From the NCBI GenBank assembly GCA_010015805.1, contig ML978122.1, positions 2,080,453 through 2,144,452 of the forward strand: a DNA stretch of 64,000 bases, in the 5' to 3' direction. Of the stretch, positions 36,975 to 49,042 are shown piece after piece (the first letter of the stretch is position 1; each line of letters starts with the position of its first letter). Below the pieces are notes generated by a model, which saw nothing but the letters and a program-made list of their open reading frames with translations, did no database searches and was not told the DNA's origin. Both the position numbers and the translations under genes were made by a program. Source of the DNA: Rhizodiscina lignyota. Its lineage: Eukaryota.

Positions 36975-38585
36975 ATGACTATCTCCGGTTCTCTCGCCAA
37001 TGTCACCAAGTAAGTCACCCCAATCAAAATAATAGCCTCCGCTTTCTGCTGCAATGCCAGAAGGTCCGGCCTTTCAATTTATTTAGAGCCTTTTCTAATG
37101 TGTTGAATTAGGCCCCCCGCTTTCTCCACAATCTCTCTTCATGGTGGTCAAGAGCCAGATCCTGTAAACGGATCCCGTGCTGTGCCATTGTTCCAAACAT
37201 GCGCATACAACTTCACCGACGCCGCCGATGGTGCAAGCAAGTTCGCCTGGTCGAAGGATGGATATGTATACACTCGCATGGGCAACCCAACAAATTCAGT
37301 CTTTGAGACTCGTATGGCGATGCTCGAGGGAGGCGTCGGTGCAGTTGCAACAGCTTCTGGCCATGCTGCACAATTCATGGCGCTTACCAACTGCTGCGCA
37401 CCTGGACAGAACTTTGTCAGCACAAGCTGGCTTTATGGCGGCACTTACAACCAATTCCGTGTCTACATGAAGAAGTTCAACATCAACGTCAAGTGGGTTG
37501 TGGGCAATGACCCAGCCGACATTGACCAGACGATCGACGAGAACACACGATGCGTTTACATCGAGACGATTTCAAATCCGAAGCACAGCGTCCCAGATAT
37601 CACTGCGATCGCCGAAGTTTGCCATAAGCACGGGATACCTCTCATCGTCGATAACACTTTCGGAATGGGCGGTTATATTGCAAGGCCGATCCAGCTTGGT
37701 GCCGATATCGTCACACACTCTTGCACGAAGTGGATTGGTGGCCATGGTACTAGTATGGGTGGTATTGTCATCGACGGTGGCCACTTTGACTGGTCTGCTT
37801 CTGGAAAGTTCCCAGAATTCACAGAGCCGGCGGAAGGCTACCACGGCATGCGCTTCTGGGAAACATATGGCACTCGCGCTCTCTCAGCGAAGCTCAGGAT
37901 GGACTCTATGCGCGACCTTGGTCCGTGTATGAGTCCTTTCAACGCCTGGCTCTTCCTTCAAGGTCTTGAGACATTGTCGCTTCGAGGCAAGCGGCATTGC
38001 GAGACTACTCTGCAACTTGCAGAGTGGCTCGAGGCTCACCCGTCGGTCAATTGGGTTCTGTATCCAGGTCTGAAGTCCCATCCAGACTATGCACACGCAC
38101 AGAAGACGATGCCGAATGGACAAGGTGGTGTGTTGACATTCGGTGTGGTAAGTCCAATTCATTCGATCCCTTAGAGAGGGTCGCTCTGACAAAATCTTGT
38201 ACAGGCCGGCAGCATCGAGCAAGTTCGCGCAGTTGTCGATAACCTCAAGCTTTGCAGCCATCTCGCCAACGTCGGTGACGCGAAGACGCTCATCATCCAT
38301 CCTTGGGTGACAACACACCAACAGCTCCCAGATGAGGAAAAGATCAAGGGCGGTGTAACACCAGACCTTATCCGCATTAGCGTAGGATTGGAAGAGTTTG
38401 AAGACATTCAGCATGACTTTGAACAAGCCTTTGAAGCCGCTGGCCTACCAGTTGCGGACAAGACAAAGCAAGACCCATTCCAGGCGGCTATGAACTTGGT
38501 TGCGGGTGGCTTCATGAAGAACAAGGCGACCGGCGCACCAAGACCAGGGACTGACGGGACTGTGGTTGAGAATGGGGCGCATTAA
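36975..38585 (+). CDS. MET17: O-acetylhomoserine sulfhydrylase-like PLP enzyme (MET17/CysD paralog), 3 exons
   Basis: [54 protein letters not shown]-lysine motif [44 protein letters not shown]. Confidence 0.92.
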
Positions 38586-39430
38586 AGACGACGATGAATT
38601 GATGTTAACTAATTTCATGACCTGTGAATACGGAGTATGCAGAGGGCTCTCGGAACGAAAGGGATTTCGGAAGAGGCGTTGGGTTAATTTCGGAAATCTT
38701 CGACTAATTTTCGGTTGATAGTCTGCCTCCAAATCTGTCCATTTGACTCTGAAGAGTTGCAACAAATCGTTTCCCGTCTCACTCACACGCTCTGCTGAAC
38801 CTCTTCGTGAAGCCACGCCATGCATGCTCTCTGATGCACCATTGTCTGCCCTGCATTACCTTAGAGAAGCCACAGAAGCAGAGCGATGATATATAAAAGC
38901 GGACAAGCCCGTGAGCCGGAAAATCAAGCGACCAGGGACCTTTCGTCAGCCGTGCCGGGCGGCTCCATCCGTTTCACGGTGCTCAATCACGCAGCACTTC
39001 GGATGGACTGCACTGAATATGGAAAGCATTTCGACGCTTCTACGGAACTTAGCAGTTGGCTAGTACCTGGTCTTCGCTTTCTCCGCGCTCAGCACTCTCA
39101 CTACGTCTTTAGAGTCTTCAACTCAAGGTGGAGAAATTTATCATTGGCTGTAGATCGGAACCTGAAATGGCAAGTACTGGTAAGCCGCCTGCTTGTGCAC
39201 GTATCGGCGAGAGAGATTGGCTTTGGAATTGAACCATCTTCTTGCGACAAGAAGTGTCCTGATTGGACGGACGCAGAGACGATGCTTCGGTATAACTCTT
39301 CAGTCCCACTCCAAGCGTCGTGGAGAGCTGAAAGGCTTCATCTTTTGAAGTGAGTATAAGAATTCATCCATTCCCAAGTTCTCTGTGCAAACCATCTCTC
39401 TGCTTGACCAAACAAGTCTCGAATATCATC

Positions 39431-40435
39431 ATGGCTCTTTCTGGAAAAGTTTCTCTAGTTACTGGCGGCGCGAAGAATCTCGGTGCACAGATTGCTCTCG
39501 AGCTAGCTGCTGTTGGATCTGACCTTGCGTTGCATTACAATTCAGCTAAAACGAAGGAGGATGCCGATAAGCTTGCTGAAGAATTGACGAGGAAGTACCC
39601 GAAGATCAGCGTCAAGTTCTACGACGGCGACCTCACTACCGCAGCTGCTGTCGACAAGCTATTCGCCGATGTCCTTCATGATTTTGGCAAGATCGATATT
39701 GTCGTCAACACGGTCGGAATGGTTCTGAAGAAGTCGATTCTCGACATCAGCGAGGAAGAGTACGACAAGATGTTCGCCATCAATTCGAAGGCTGCCTTCT
39801 TCATCCTCAAAGCTGGAGCGAAGAATGTGACGGATGGAGGCAAGCTGATCACTATTGTCACATCATTGCTTGCTGCTTTCACTGGGCTATACACGAGCTA
39901 TGCTGGATCGAAAGCGCCGGTTGAGCATTTTACTCGCGGTGTGTGCAAGGAACTGCAGCCCAGAGGTGTCAGTGTGAACGCCATTGCTCCTGGTCCCATG
40001 GATACACGTAAGTTTTAACTTTCTTAGATCGCGCTTGATTACATTAGCCAGGAGCACTCGCAGAGGCAATTGTTTAATCAGGCACTGTATTGACTCTATG
40101 GTGTGTTTGCTTTGCGGAGACTTCGGCCATGGCCATACGCTCCACCAAGTACCGGTATACTCTTGGCAGAAGTCAAGTCATCTGCGTTGCACAGAACACT
40201 TCCCATGACTTCTAACTTCGCCCTGGCACAGTGTGTCCAACTTGGCTGACCAGACATAGCGTTCTTTTACCCCCAGGAAGGAGCTGATGCTGTCGCTTTC
40301 CACAAAAGTCAAGGCATGGGCGGGCGTCTTACGGACATCAAGGACATCGCGCCAATTGTGCGCTTCCTCTGTACTGAAGGTAGTTGGATTACAGGGCAGA
40401 CTATCTTTGCAAATGGTGGCTACACCACACGTTAA
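39431..40435 (+). CDS. Classical short-chain dehydrogenase/reductase, 2 exons
   Basis: TGGAKNLG, IVVNTVG, catalytic YAGSK, IAPGPMDT/PFFYPQE, WITGQTIFANGGYTTR*. Intron about 40008-40259. Confidence 0.9.
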
Positions 40436-40497
40436 GTCTGTTGCGAACTCGATAATGCGAAACGATTAAGCAGCTTTTCTTTACAAACTAGTTATGT

Positions 40498-42780
40498 TTA
40501 TGCGAAATCAAGCTCATTCAATATCTTTCCCATGATTAGTGCCTCCACAGTCTCTCCTTTCCCGGCTTTCTGTCTTCCAGAATCTTTCGCAGCAGGCAGG
40601 CACAATAGGCCATTCGCGCCCTTGAAACTTCCAATTCTCGAGCTTCGCTGCCCGCCTGTGCTACTTGCGTACAATCTACCATCCCTCTTCGCGACCACTA
40701 TACATCGATGATACTCAGCCCGGGCATTGTCAAACTTGACGTCTCCCTCCAGCATCACCATCACCTTTGGAAGTCCAGCCGGCGTGATACCCGAGGCCTT
40801 GTGCAATGAAGGCAGCACGAACAGGTTGAACGTGACTACTGCAGAAGCTGGATTCCCGGGAAGGCTGAAGACGACTTTATCGAGGCGGTTTCCGGATGCG
40901 GAGTTTTTAATCGGCACTGTGGCAAATGTCGTCGGTTTGCCCGGCTTCATTGACACACGCCCGAAATGGATCGTACCGCCCAGAGATCGTTCGATAGTGG
41001 GTTTGAGGAGGTCAAGTTCGCCCATGGATACGCCGCCGGAGGTGATGATGACGTCGCATTTCTGGAGGCCCTCTCGGAGAGTGGCTTCGAGTGTTCCAGG
41101 CCTACAATATTTAGCCCAATGGATAAATATCTACGATTGAGATTGTGCAACTTACTTGTCTGATGCAATCCCAAGATCAATCGATTCGAAACCCGTCGCG
41201 GTCACGGAGGTCAGAAGTGTCGGCCTATTCGTGTCTCTCACTTCCCCCAGACGTAGCTCTCCAGGCCTGTCGTGATTGACAATCTCATCTCCAGTGCTAA
41301 GCACACCGACGACGGGTTTGCGATACACTTCCACTTCCGTTACACCCACTGATGCCAGAAGACCCAGTTCGCCACCAACGACGGTGATGCCCTCGCTTCT
41401 CCGCAAGATGACGTCGCCTGCCTGGGTATCGCTGCCGACTTCACGCACATTCTCGCCATCTTTCACCTCGCTAGTGAGAATCTCGATTTCCTTCTCTTCC
41501 TCACCGTCTTCCGTCTTTGACTTGAGTACCGTATCTTCCACCATCACAACCGCAGAAGCGCCAGGAGGCAGTGGTGCACCTGTAGTAATTCTTGCGATAG
41601 TGCCTTCTTTCAACTCCGCTATATCGCTCGCTTGTGCATGCGAAATTTGAGACACAGGATATGTACCTTTTGCAAATTGTCCACTCGCAGGCATACGTAT
41701 TGCATATCCGTCCACTATACTCGCGCGAAATGCTGGAACAGACTCCATTGCCTTGACATCTGCAGCAAGAACATAGCCAACAACGTCCTCGTTGACTGGA
41801 ACCTTGATGACTTCGGGATTAGGCGTGTTCTCAGCGATTACTTTCAGTGCATCATCAACCGAGAGCATAGGATAGGGTGACTCTCGATACCTCCTCGACG
41901 GCCCAGCGTTGGGATCGTTCGATGCCGGCGGTCTGTCTTCTGGCCTCGTATGTGCAACTGGAATTTGATGACCACCGCCTCCGCCATGGCCATGCGAGTG
42001 ATGGTGGTGAGAATGGCTGTGGCCACCATGCGTGCCGTTTGATTTCGCCCCAGCACTCACACCTGCATCTTTCTCAAGCTTCTTGATGCCTCCGGCGTGC
42101 AAAGAACGCGAATCGGCTCCGGCAGCCTGAGTACAGGCGTGCGGGAGGAGCTTGATCACCGCTTCTAGGTTCTCTTTAGCTCCTTTAGGAGAGCCGGGGA
42201 GGGTAAGAATTAGTGTTTGGTTGCGAACGCCGGCTATCGGTCTAGACATCATGGCAACTTTACAATGTCAGACTTGATCGAAGTCCCATCGCAGGCATGA
42301 GTACGGGAGTTGGTGCACTTACACGGCGTAACTGCGAGCGAGGCAGCGAGCATCCCATGACTGATTATATGTCAATATCTTCTTTCAAGGCAATAAACAG
42401 GCTCAACACATACACCAAACCAGGAGCATGTCGATGTATCAGAGGCGAAACAGCCTATTGGAATAAATCACCCTCTCAGCTCTTGTCGGCATTCCAATAA
42501 CGCTATTTTTCTAACCCACCTCAGGTGTGACATCTTTGACGGCAAAGCCAGTTCCTCCACTAGTGACTATCAGATTGAGAGGATTCTCTCCATCGGTCCA
42601 TTGTTGGATAGAGCGCTGAACATCAAGAACGCTGTCCGGGACAATTTGCGTCTTGGACACTTCCCATTGTCCACCACCTGACTGCGAGAAAACCTCGCTT
42701 AGCGCTGGAATCGCTTTATCAGTTGAGGGATCTTTGGAGGCTGTTTCGGATATAACTAGAATTGCAGCTTTCAGTGTCAT
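40498..42780 (-). CDS. cnxE: Gephyrin / CnxE molybdenum cofactor biosynthesis protein (MogA-MoeA fusion)
   Basis: G domain ([33 protein letters not shown]), His/Gly-rich linker, and E domain ([49 protein letters not shown]). Confidence 0.93.
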
Positions 42781-43234
42781 GGTGTTGATTAACGAGATTA
42801 TGTGATTCGGAGAGGAGTGGGAAAGAAGTTAGAGCCGCGATACCGATACAAGCGGAATGCGGATATCTTTGAGCTCTCCACGACAACATGTTTCACGTTC
42901 CGCCGAGATACATATTATCAGTTATGAATATATAAGGGTTCGATAATCTATGGTCTCTCAAATTACGCATGCTAACTGGCGCAATAGAGTAACACTGCCT
43001 TGCCACTTTCTTTCAGGGTCCACGTCATGAAGGAAGTCAGAAAGTTCAATATCTACATGTCGTCCAAATCCGGAGACAGCACCAATTAGACCAACCCTAG
43101 TTTACAACTTCTATCCAGAACGCCATGCTATGTCGAACAGCAACATTGATCAGGTATCTTCACTATCAATTCCCCGCTCGTTTGGTCCGAGACGAGAAAT
43201 CCTTCGCTGTCAAACTAATTTGCAGCTTTTACTA

Positions 43235-44052
43235 TCACTGGAAGTCAAGCGCTTTGCTAGATACCAAAAGGCCGACAATGAGTCCGAAAAGACCCAGGAC
43301 AGAGCTAAAGATTTCAACCACCAGGATCTTGACGAATCTAGCCGCAAGTCAGTAACTCCCTTTAAAAAGTAGCAGCGAAGTGCACTTACAAACTCGGATC
43401 TGTCGCATCTGCAAGCGCAGCACTGCTACCGTTGATTCCCACTGATAGACCGCAAATCAGATTGCACATTCCGACAGTTATCCCCGCCCAGAAAAGTGCA
43501 AAGCCAGTGTAGTAGTTATTCGTTGTGTAAAGGGCCGGTCCGCTCACAACTGTGAGTTTGGCTGAAAATACGATGGACATGATGACACCGTAGATCGCAA
43601 CGACTTCACAGAAGATGATGGAGATCAGATTCTTCGTTCGTATTCTGGGTGCTTTGACGCCGCCACCGATGATCGACGAGCCGGTGATGAATATGCCCCT
43701 AAAAACAACTACTGTGTCAATTCACGGTCGTAAATTCCACTTTGATGTAGGCCTCGTTCCAACGTACCATGCTGCCCCGACAACTGACAGTCCCATGCAG
43801 AATCCTATGCCAGTACTCGCCCATGCGTAGGGTGATATGCTTTCGAGGAACGCGCCAACCTATTCACCATTTATGAGGAGCTATTTAGCATAACTAGCGA
43901 AGTCAACGTACGTTAAATGCTTCACCCTCGCCATTCAGGAGCATATCTACTTCTGATCAGTGACTGCCTAGTTGCTGGGGTCGGAGCGTCTTACACAGGC
44001 CAACAACTCCTATGAGAGCGGTGATGCCGCCAGTGTAATATTTGAGAGCCAT
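43235..44052 (-). CDS. VMA16: V-ATPase proteolipid subunit c'', multi-exon
   Basis: [84 protein letters not shown]. Confidence 0.92.
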
Positions 44053-44277
44053 TGCCGCTGGGTCAGAAGCAGCTGTACTGGAATAGTCGAGCTGGTGGGA
44101 CGAAACATCAAGTGAAAGCTCCGATGATGCTGTCGTTCCGCGCTGCACGGCGGGAGCTCTCGATTCGGCAAAATAGAAAACCCGATCTGCGATTCTGGCG
44201 TTCTCCGGGCTTGGCATCAAGTGGCTGCCTCTACCAATCTTCAACGCCACTACATCTTCGCCTCAACATCCACCAAG

Positions 44278-44750
44278 ATGAGCAACGCCGCAACCCAGTA
44301 CTACGAGCTTTACAGGCGCGGCAGGTACTGCTATCCGTTGCAATCTCACCATAGATGTAGAACACACTAACTTCAAGCAGTCTCGGAACGTCACTCGCCG
44401 ATGTTCTCGACGACTTTGTCACCACTGCGCGCATGGAGCCTCAGCTCGCAAACAAGATGTTCCAACACTTCGATAAGCATATTGCGGAAGTTCTGGGCGA
44501 GAAGGTGAAGGCGCGCATGAGTTTCAAGGTATGCGACCCTCCCTCGGTCGTAGCGTGGCAAGCACACTTCTGGACACTATGTGAGGCTGACAATGCGCTT
44601 TAGGGACATCTCGATACCTACCGCTTCTGCGATGATGTGTGGACGTTTATCATCAAAGATGTCAACTTCAAGCTCGACAACTCTTCCCAGGTTGCGTCTG
44701 ATAAAGTCAAGATCGTTGCGATGAACGCTAAGAAGCCTGGCGAGGTATAA
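44278..44750 (+). CDS. TOA2: Transcription initiation factor IIA gamma (small) subunit, 3 exons
   Basis: Spliced: [64 protein letters not shown]. Confidence 0.93.
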
Positions 44751-45311
44751 GTTGGCATTCGCGTTTCGTCTCCTATCGACCTTCCTCGGTGTCGTCTAGA
44801 CTGCGGACAGCATATGGCTTGGGATGGGCTTTAAGTCATCGGGCGGACTTGCTTTGCGGTTCTATCGAAGCGCTTCTGGCCCAGTGGAACTCGTCCATGA
44901 ACAGCATTGCATTTCAAATTCACTTCTCTGAAATTGATGCTCCTAATACGAGCAAGTATTATGGTCGGCATGGCGTCACGGAAGTCGGAATCAGTGACTG
45001 GGCTGCTTTTGCATCGGTTTGGCGCTGGGTGCATGCTCAAGGACTCTCTGTAGAGTTTATCAAGTGATACCAATCAATTCACATCCTGCTTAAGCAAAAT
45101 TGCCATCTTATGAATATCTAGACTCTTGTATATGTCTCTATACATTTCAAGGAATGCCCATGTTACGAGTGCCGCCTTGAGCCAGTCCGTTGGCATTTTA
45201 ACTAGTGCCAGCATATGTAGCTCCTTTGCCCTAGTGACCGTATCCTCCATCTCATCTACCTTTACTCAAATCCAGGCAATTATCTTCGACGATTGTCTTA
45301 TATTCTGTATA

Positions 45312-46130
45312 ATGGACGTGCCCAAGTCAGCGCGCCCATGGCTCGTACTTGCTATCTCTAGTGGTGCTTGTGCGGCCTTCAATGGCGTCTTTGCGAAGCT
45401 GTAAGGTCAAAGGATACAGGCTCTGTTGTACGCAGACTGACTCTTACAGCACAACCACTTCTCTCACGTCCTCATGGGCCGGCTCCATAGCTTCAGGCCT
45501 CCATCTATCACCGGAAAACAAGCTTGTGGAATATGCTGTTCGCGGTGTACGTAAAATTATCCTTACGTGGAAAACCCTACATATCTCTCCCTTTCCATCC
45601 CATTGCTTCTGTTCACTGCCTCTGAAGTCCTGAGAGCGCCTTTCGACTAATATATTGAATGAACCTTTCAGACAATGTTCCTGTTCAACCTCCTGTTCAA
45701 CGCCATAATGTGGGCGCTCTTCACGCGAGCGCTCACTCTCGCACCGTCTGCTATCCGAGTCAATGTCCTCAATACCGCGTCAAACTTTCTCATTACAGCA
45801 GTAGTTGGCCTACTGGTATTTAGCGAAGCACTTCCGGCGTTGTGGTTTCTGGGTGCAGCAATGCTTGTTGCGGGAAGTGTGATCATTGGCGCAAGAGAGG
45901 AGAAGGGCCAGAATAAGGTCGAGGCTCACGAAGAGCCATTGATGGGCGTTGGGGCTGACGGGGTGGAGTTGGACGGGGCTGTGAATGATAACGTAGATAC
46001 GGATGCGCGTGGAAGAGGCACGGCCAGCTCAGATATCCCCGGAGAGGAAAGAGGTTCGAGAGAAAGAGATGGAAGTAAGCGGAGACGACATAGAGAAGAG
46101 GAGTCAGAGCCATACAGAGACGAAGAGTAA
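45312..46130 (+). CDS. TMEM42-like (DMT-fold) membrane protein, 3 exons
   Basis: WLVLAISSGACAAFNGVFAKL/TTT, LFNAIMWALFTRAL, VLNTASNFLITA..VFSEALPALWFLGA. Confidence 0.8.
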
Positions 46131-46289
46131 TCGCATTGTTTTGGTATCTAATGAAATTTGCTAAAATATATCTTCCAGAAAACTAACTGACATCGTGCTA
46201 GGAAATCGTATCTTGCAACTAAAGAGTAACAAAGCAGTTCAACTCCAAATAACCTTATCCCAAAACTTAAAACAGAAATCAAATCATGT

Positions 46290-48183
46290 TCACGCATCCT
46301 TGCGCTGAAGGAACAAGAGGCAGTCACGACCACGGATGCGCCTCAAATCATCTTCCTTTATCTTCTGGAGCAGAGCATCATCACACTCCCACCAAGATTC
46401 TCCCTTCTTGGCATAGCACACGTGGTGCCCATCATCTTCGCTGCAAAGCACAGCTGCCTTGACCTCGTAAAGCGCATTATCCGCTTCAGTTGGAGACCAC
46501 ATTCCTAGATCCAGAGGCTTCGACAGAAATGTGGCGCCGGTGACCACCTTTTCGTGCTTCAGGCTCAGGATGAGATTGTTCGGAAGGACGCCGAAGCTGG
46601 GGTAGAAATTGAAATCTGGGGATTTGGAATCCTTATTCCTCCTTTCGCCCTTCTTCTCGTTCTTTTTGTTGCATTTCTTGCAGTTCTTCGAATCCGTAAC
46701 CGATGTCTTTTCGCGCATGTAGTTGTCCACAGATTTCGTGAGATCAGTAGCATTACCTGAATTCGGCGCATTGATCTTTAGGATCCAGCCAGTTTCTACT
46801 CCACCTTGTTGCTGATTGTCAGCACCGCAATCGCTGCATATACACCGGGGATATAGCCGATACTTCAGCTCGCTCATGAGATACCCAGGATCACCGGTTT
46901 TCTTCTCCTCAACCAGGCCGGTAAGCTCGAGCAGCTCGTCCTTAGTTGTTTGACGATAGTGGATGTTTTCAAGGAGATATTCGAGGAATTTCTCTGGGCT
47001 CCTGTGGTCCGCCTTGTCACGCTCTGCGTCTTCGTACGAATGCTGCAGCGGGAACGACGAAACTAACTCCTCCTTCGACGATGAGCTAGCCAGTTTCGCG
47101 AGAAGCGCTACTGCTTCGGCTGCCGGGCACTGCTCGCTCTGATGGGCTCGCACGTACTTCTGGGCGTACAGTCTACGGCCTTGCGTCGTCAGCAGGTCCT
47201 CCTCTGAGATGCCTTCGAAGCGCAAAGGCATATCCATGTCTACGGCCTGTGAAAGCTCTTTCACATTGAGTGTAGCAGCAAGAGCTTGGATAGCGCTGTT
47301 GATGTATGAAGCTCCGCCGGCGTTCTGGAGCGGCTTGACGGGTTTCTGGTCTGCTGCAGTCGAAACTGCATTCTCGTCGGATTCTGGCTTGAGAAGCTTG
47401 CTTCGCACCTGATCAGAGAGTAGGTGATCGGAGCCAGTGGAGGTGTGAGTGCTCGCTGGAGAGCCATTCGGAGGTGAGGAACCGTCCGCTGGCCCCTGAG
47501 TACGCTTCCGAACATCTCCCGCCTTCTGATCAGGAGTGGTTCGGCCCGAGGAGACTTCTCCTCCTCCAGCCTGCGACTTGTGCTTTTTCACTGGTGGCCC
47601 GGTGGTGTGTTTGTCAGCAGACATGTCGTCAACCTTCCGTTTCTTCTCGTTCGATAGAGTTGGTGGTGCCGGAGTCGTGTTTGCTCTGGAATACTTCCCT
47701 GCGCTTTTAAGTGCAGACGCGGGAATCTTGTTCTTGAGGGCTTGAACCCAGGCTTTGCTAGCAGCTATTGAAGCATATGCCTCAGGCGTAAAGGGAGGTA
47801 GTGTTGTTCGTGGCACGTAGGGCTTAGGCTGCTTCGCCGGTCGTGTTCGACGGGTGGACTTTGGTGTCGACTCCTTCGATGATACTTGTGCAGATGCTGC
47901 ATAAATCTATCCGAATATAGTAAGTATTTAGTTTGTGTTTACTCGAAGCCGGTGAGAGTACCTTTGATTTCTTAGTAGTGTGTCGTGCAATTCGCTTGTC
48001 GGTGTCTTGGTCGATGTCGTCGATGTCCCGCTTTCGCTTTGGTTTATCTTCTTTCGATGCCGGCGAAGGCGCCTTGGACTTCTTGTCTGTCTGGCGGGCA
48101 GACTGCTGGCCGGAGACTTTGTCAGTATTTTCGCTAGCTAGCTTTCGCTTGTTGCTAGGCTCTTTGAGTTGACGTGATGGCAT
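46290..48183 (-). CDS. USP/UBP (peptidase C19)-fold protein with catalytic Cys replaced by Ser, 2 exons
   Basis: Cys-box-like PLQNAGGASYINSAIQAL, CxxC pairs CSDC and CKKC, LPNNLILSLK, His-box-like YEVKAAVL..DGHHVCYAK..WWECDD. Basic N-terminal exon MPSRQ (ATG 48183) splices in frame. Confidence 0.7.
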
Positions 48184-49042
48184 GTTGGATAGACGGAAAT
48201 TGGTCGAAGTGGAAAGTGGTTGGTGACAAGTTACTCCGTGGTTGGGGAATCGTGATGGAAAAGTGGTAGTGGACGTGATTTGCGCATTTTTATACAGTGA
48301 CCGCGTCTTGTGTTCAATAGTAGTCAACTCGTCGATGTTCCATTGTCAATACACGCTTGTGTTCCTATTGTCGAGGCCGAGTGGCTCATGGGTTGTATTA
48401 TTCGTGAAGTATTCAAAAACGCATCTAAATATACTAACTATACATTGAAATTACATCATCCCAATACTGAATTCAAGGTTGAAGACGTGAAAGATGCTAC
48501 AATGCACCTCAAACGTGACTCCGCGATACTGTGCACCTGAAGGCATTCCATATCATCCATATTAGGAGACTGTACAGTTCAACAAGTATATACACAATAT
48601 TACTGCCTTAATAACAATGTCTACATGGCCGTCCATTGGACCGGGCCTCCTCCAGGACTTCCTTTGCCGCGTTTTCTGCCTTTGCGGCATGATGTTGGGC
48701 CATAGCTGCTGTTGGTACCTTGAGTCAAGGCCAGTACCAGGCTCGGGCATACCTACGAACGATTCTGGACACAGCGTTGTGTCGTTATTGAATACTTGCG
48801 ATTCGGATGCCAAGTTCCGGCAATGCTTAAGTACTCACGGCCTGGAAGACGCTTTAGTACATGTACAACACAATTTTCAGAAAGTATACCTTACGCGCAA
48901 TTGCATGTGACTGGAAAGCAACACGAGACACTGCGCAAGTGTCGAAGGCGCGGAAGACACTTTCTCGTTTGTTGAACGCAGCGCCGATATCGATAACACT
49001 AGAAATTTGACCTCGAACAATATTGCAGCGGCGTACCAGTGT

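Noticed and set aside
26739..38585. Reading the cluster as a plain methionine-biosynthesis cluster
   Set aside because: It does not explain the nitrilase or the dedicated Zn2Cys6 factor, it lacks HOM2, HOM6 and MET6, and the AK and MET17 copies are divergent. It is not formally excluded until paralogs are checked.
38886..39353. 155-aa ORF between the MET17 paralog and the SDR
   Set aside because: No recognisable motif; it occupies the SDR promoter region and is probably spurious.
40008..40259. snoRNA or TPP riboswitch in the long SDR intron
   Set aside because: No RTGATGA box C with a matching terminal CTGA, and no TPP core motifs were seen by eye.
40498..42780. cnxE (molybdenum cofactor gene) as part of the nitrile cluster
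   Set aside because: No cluster enzyme needs Moco, I saw no GCCGCA in its promoter, and it is a normal housekeeping gene. Its His-rich linker is typical of fungal gephyrins.
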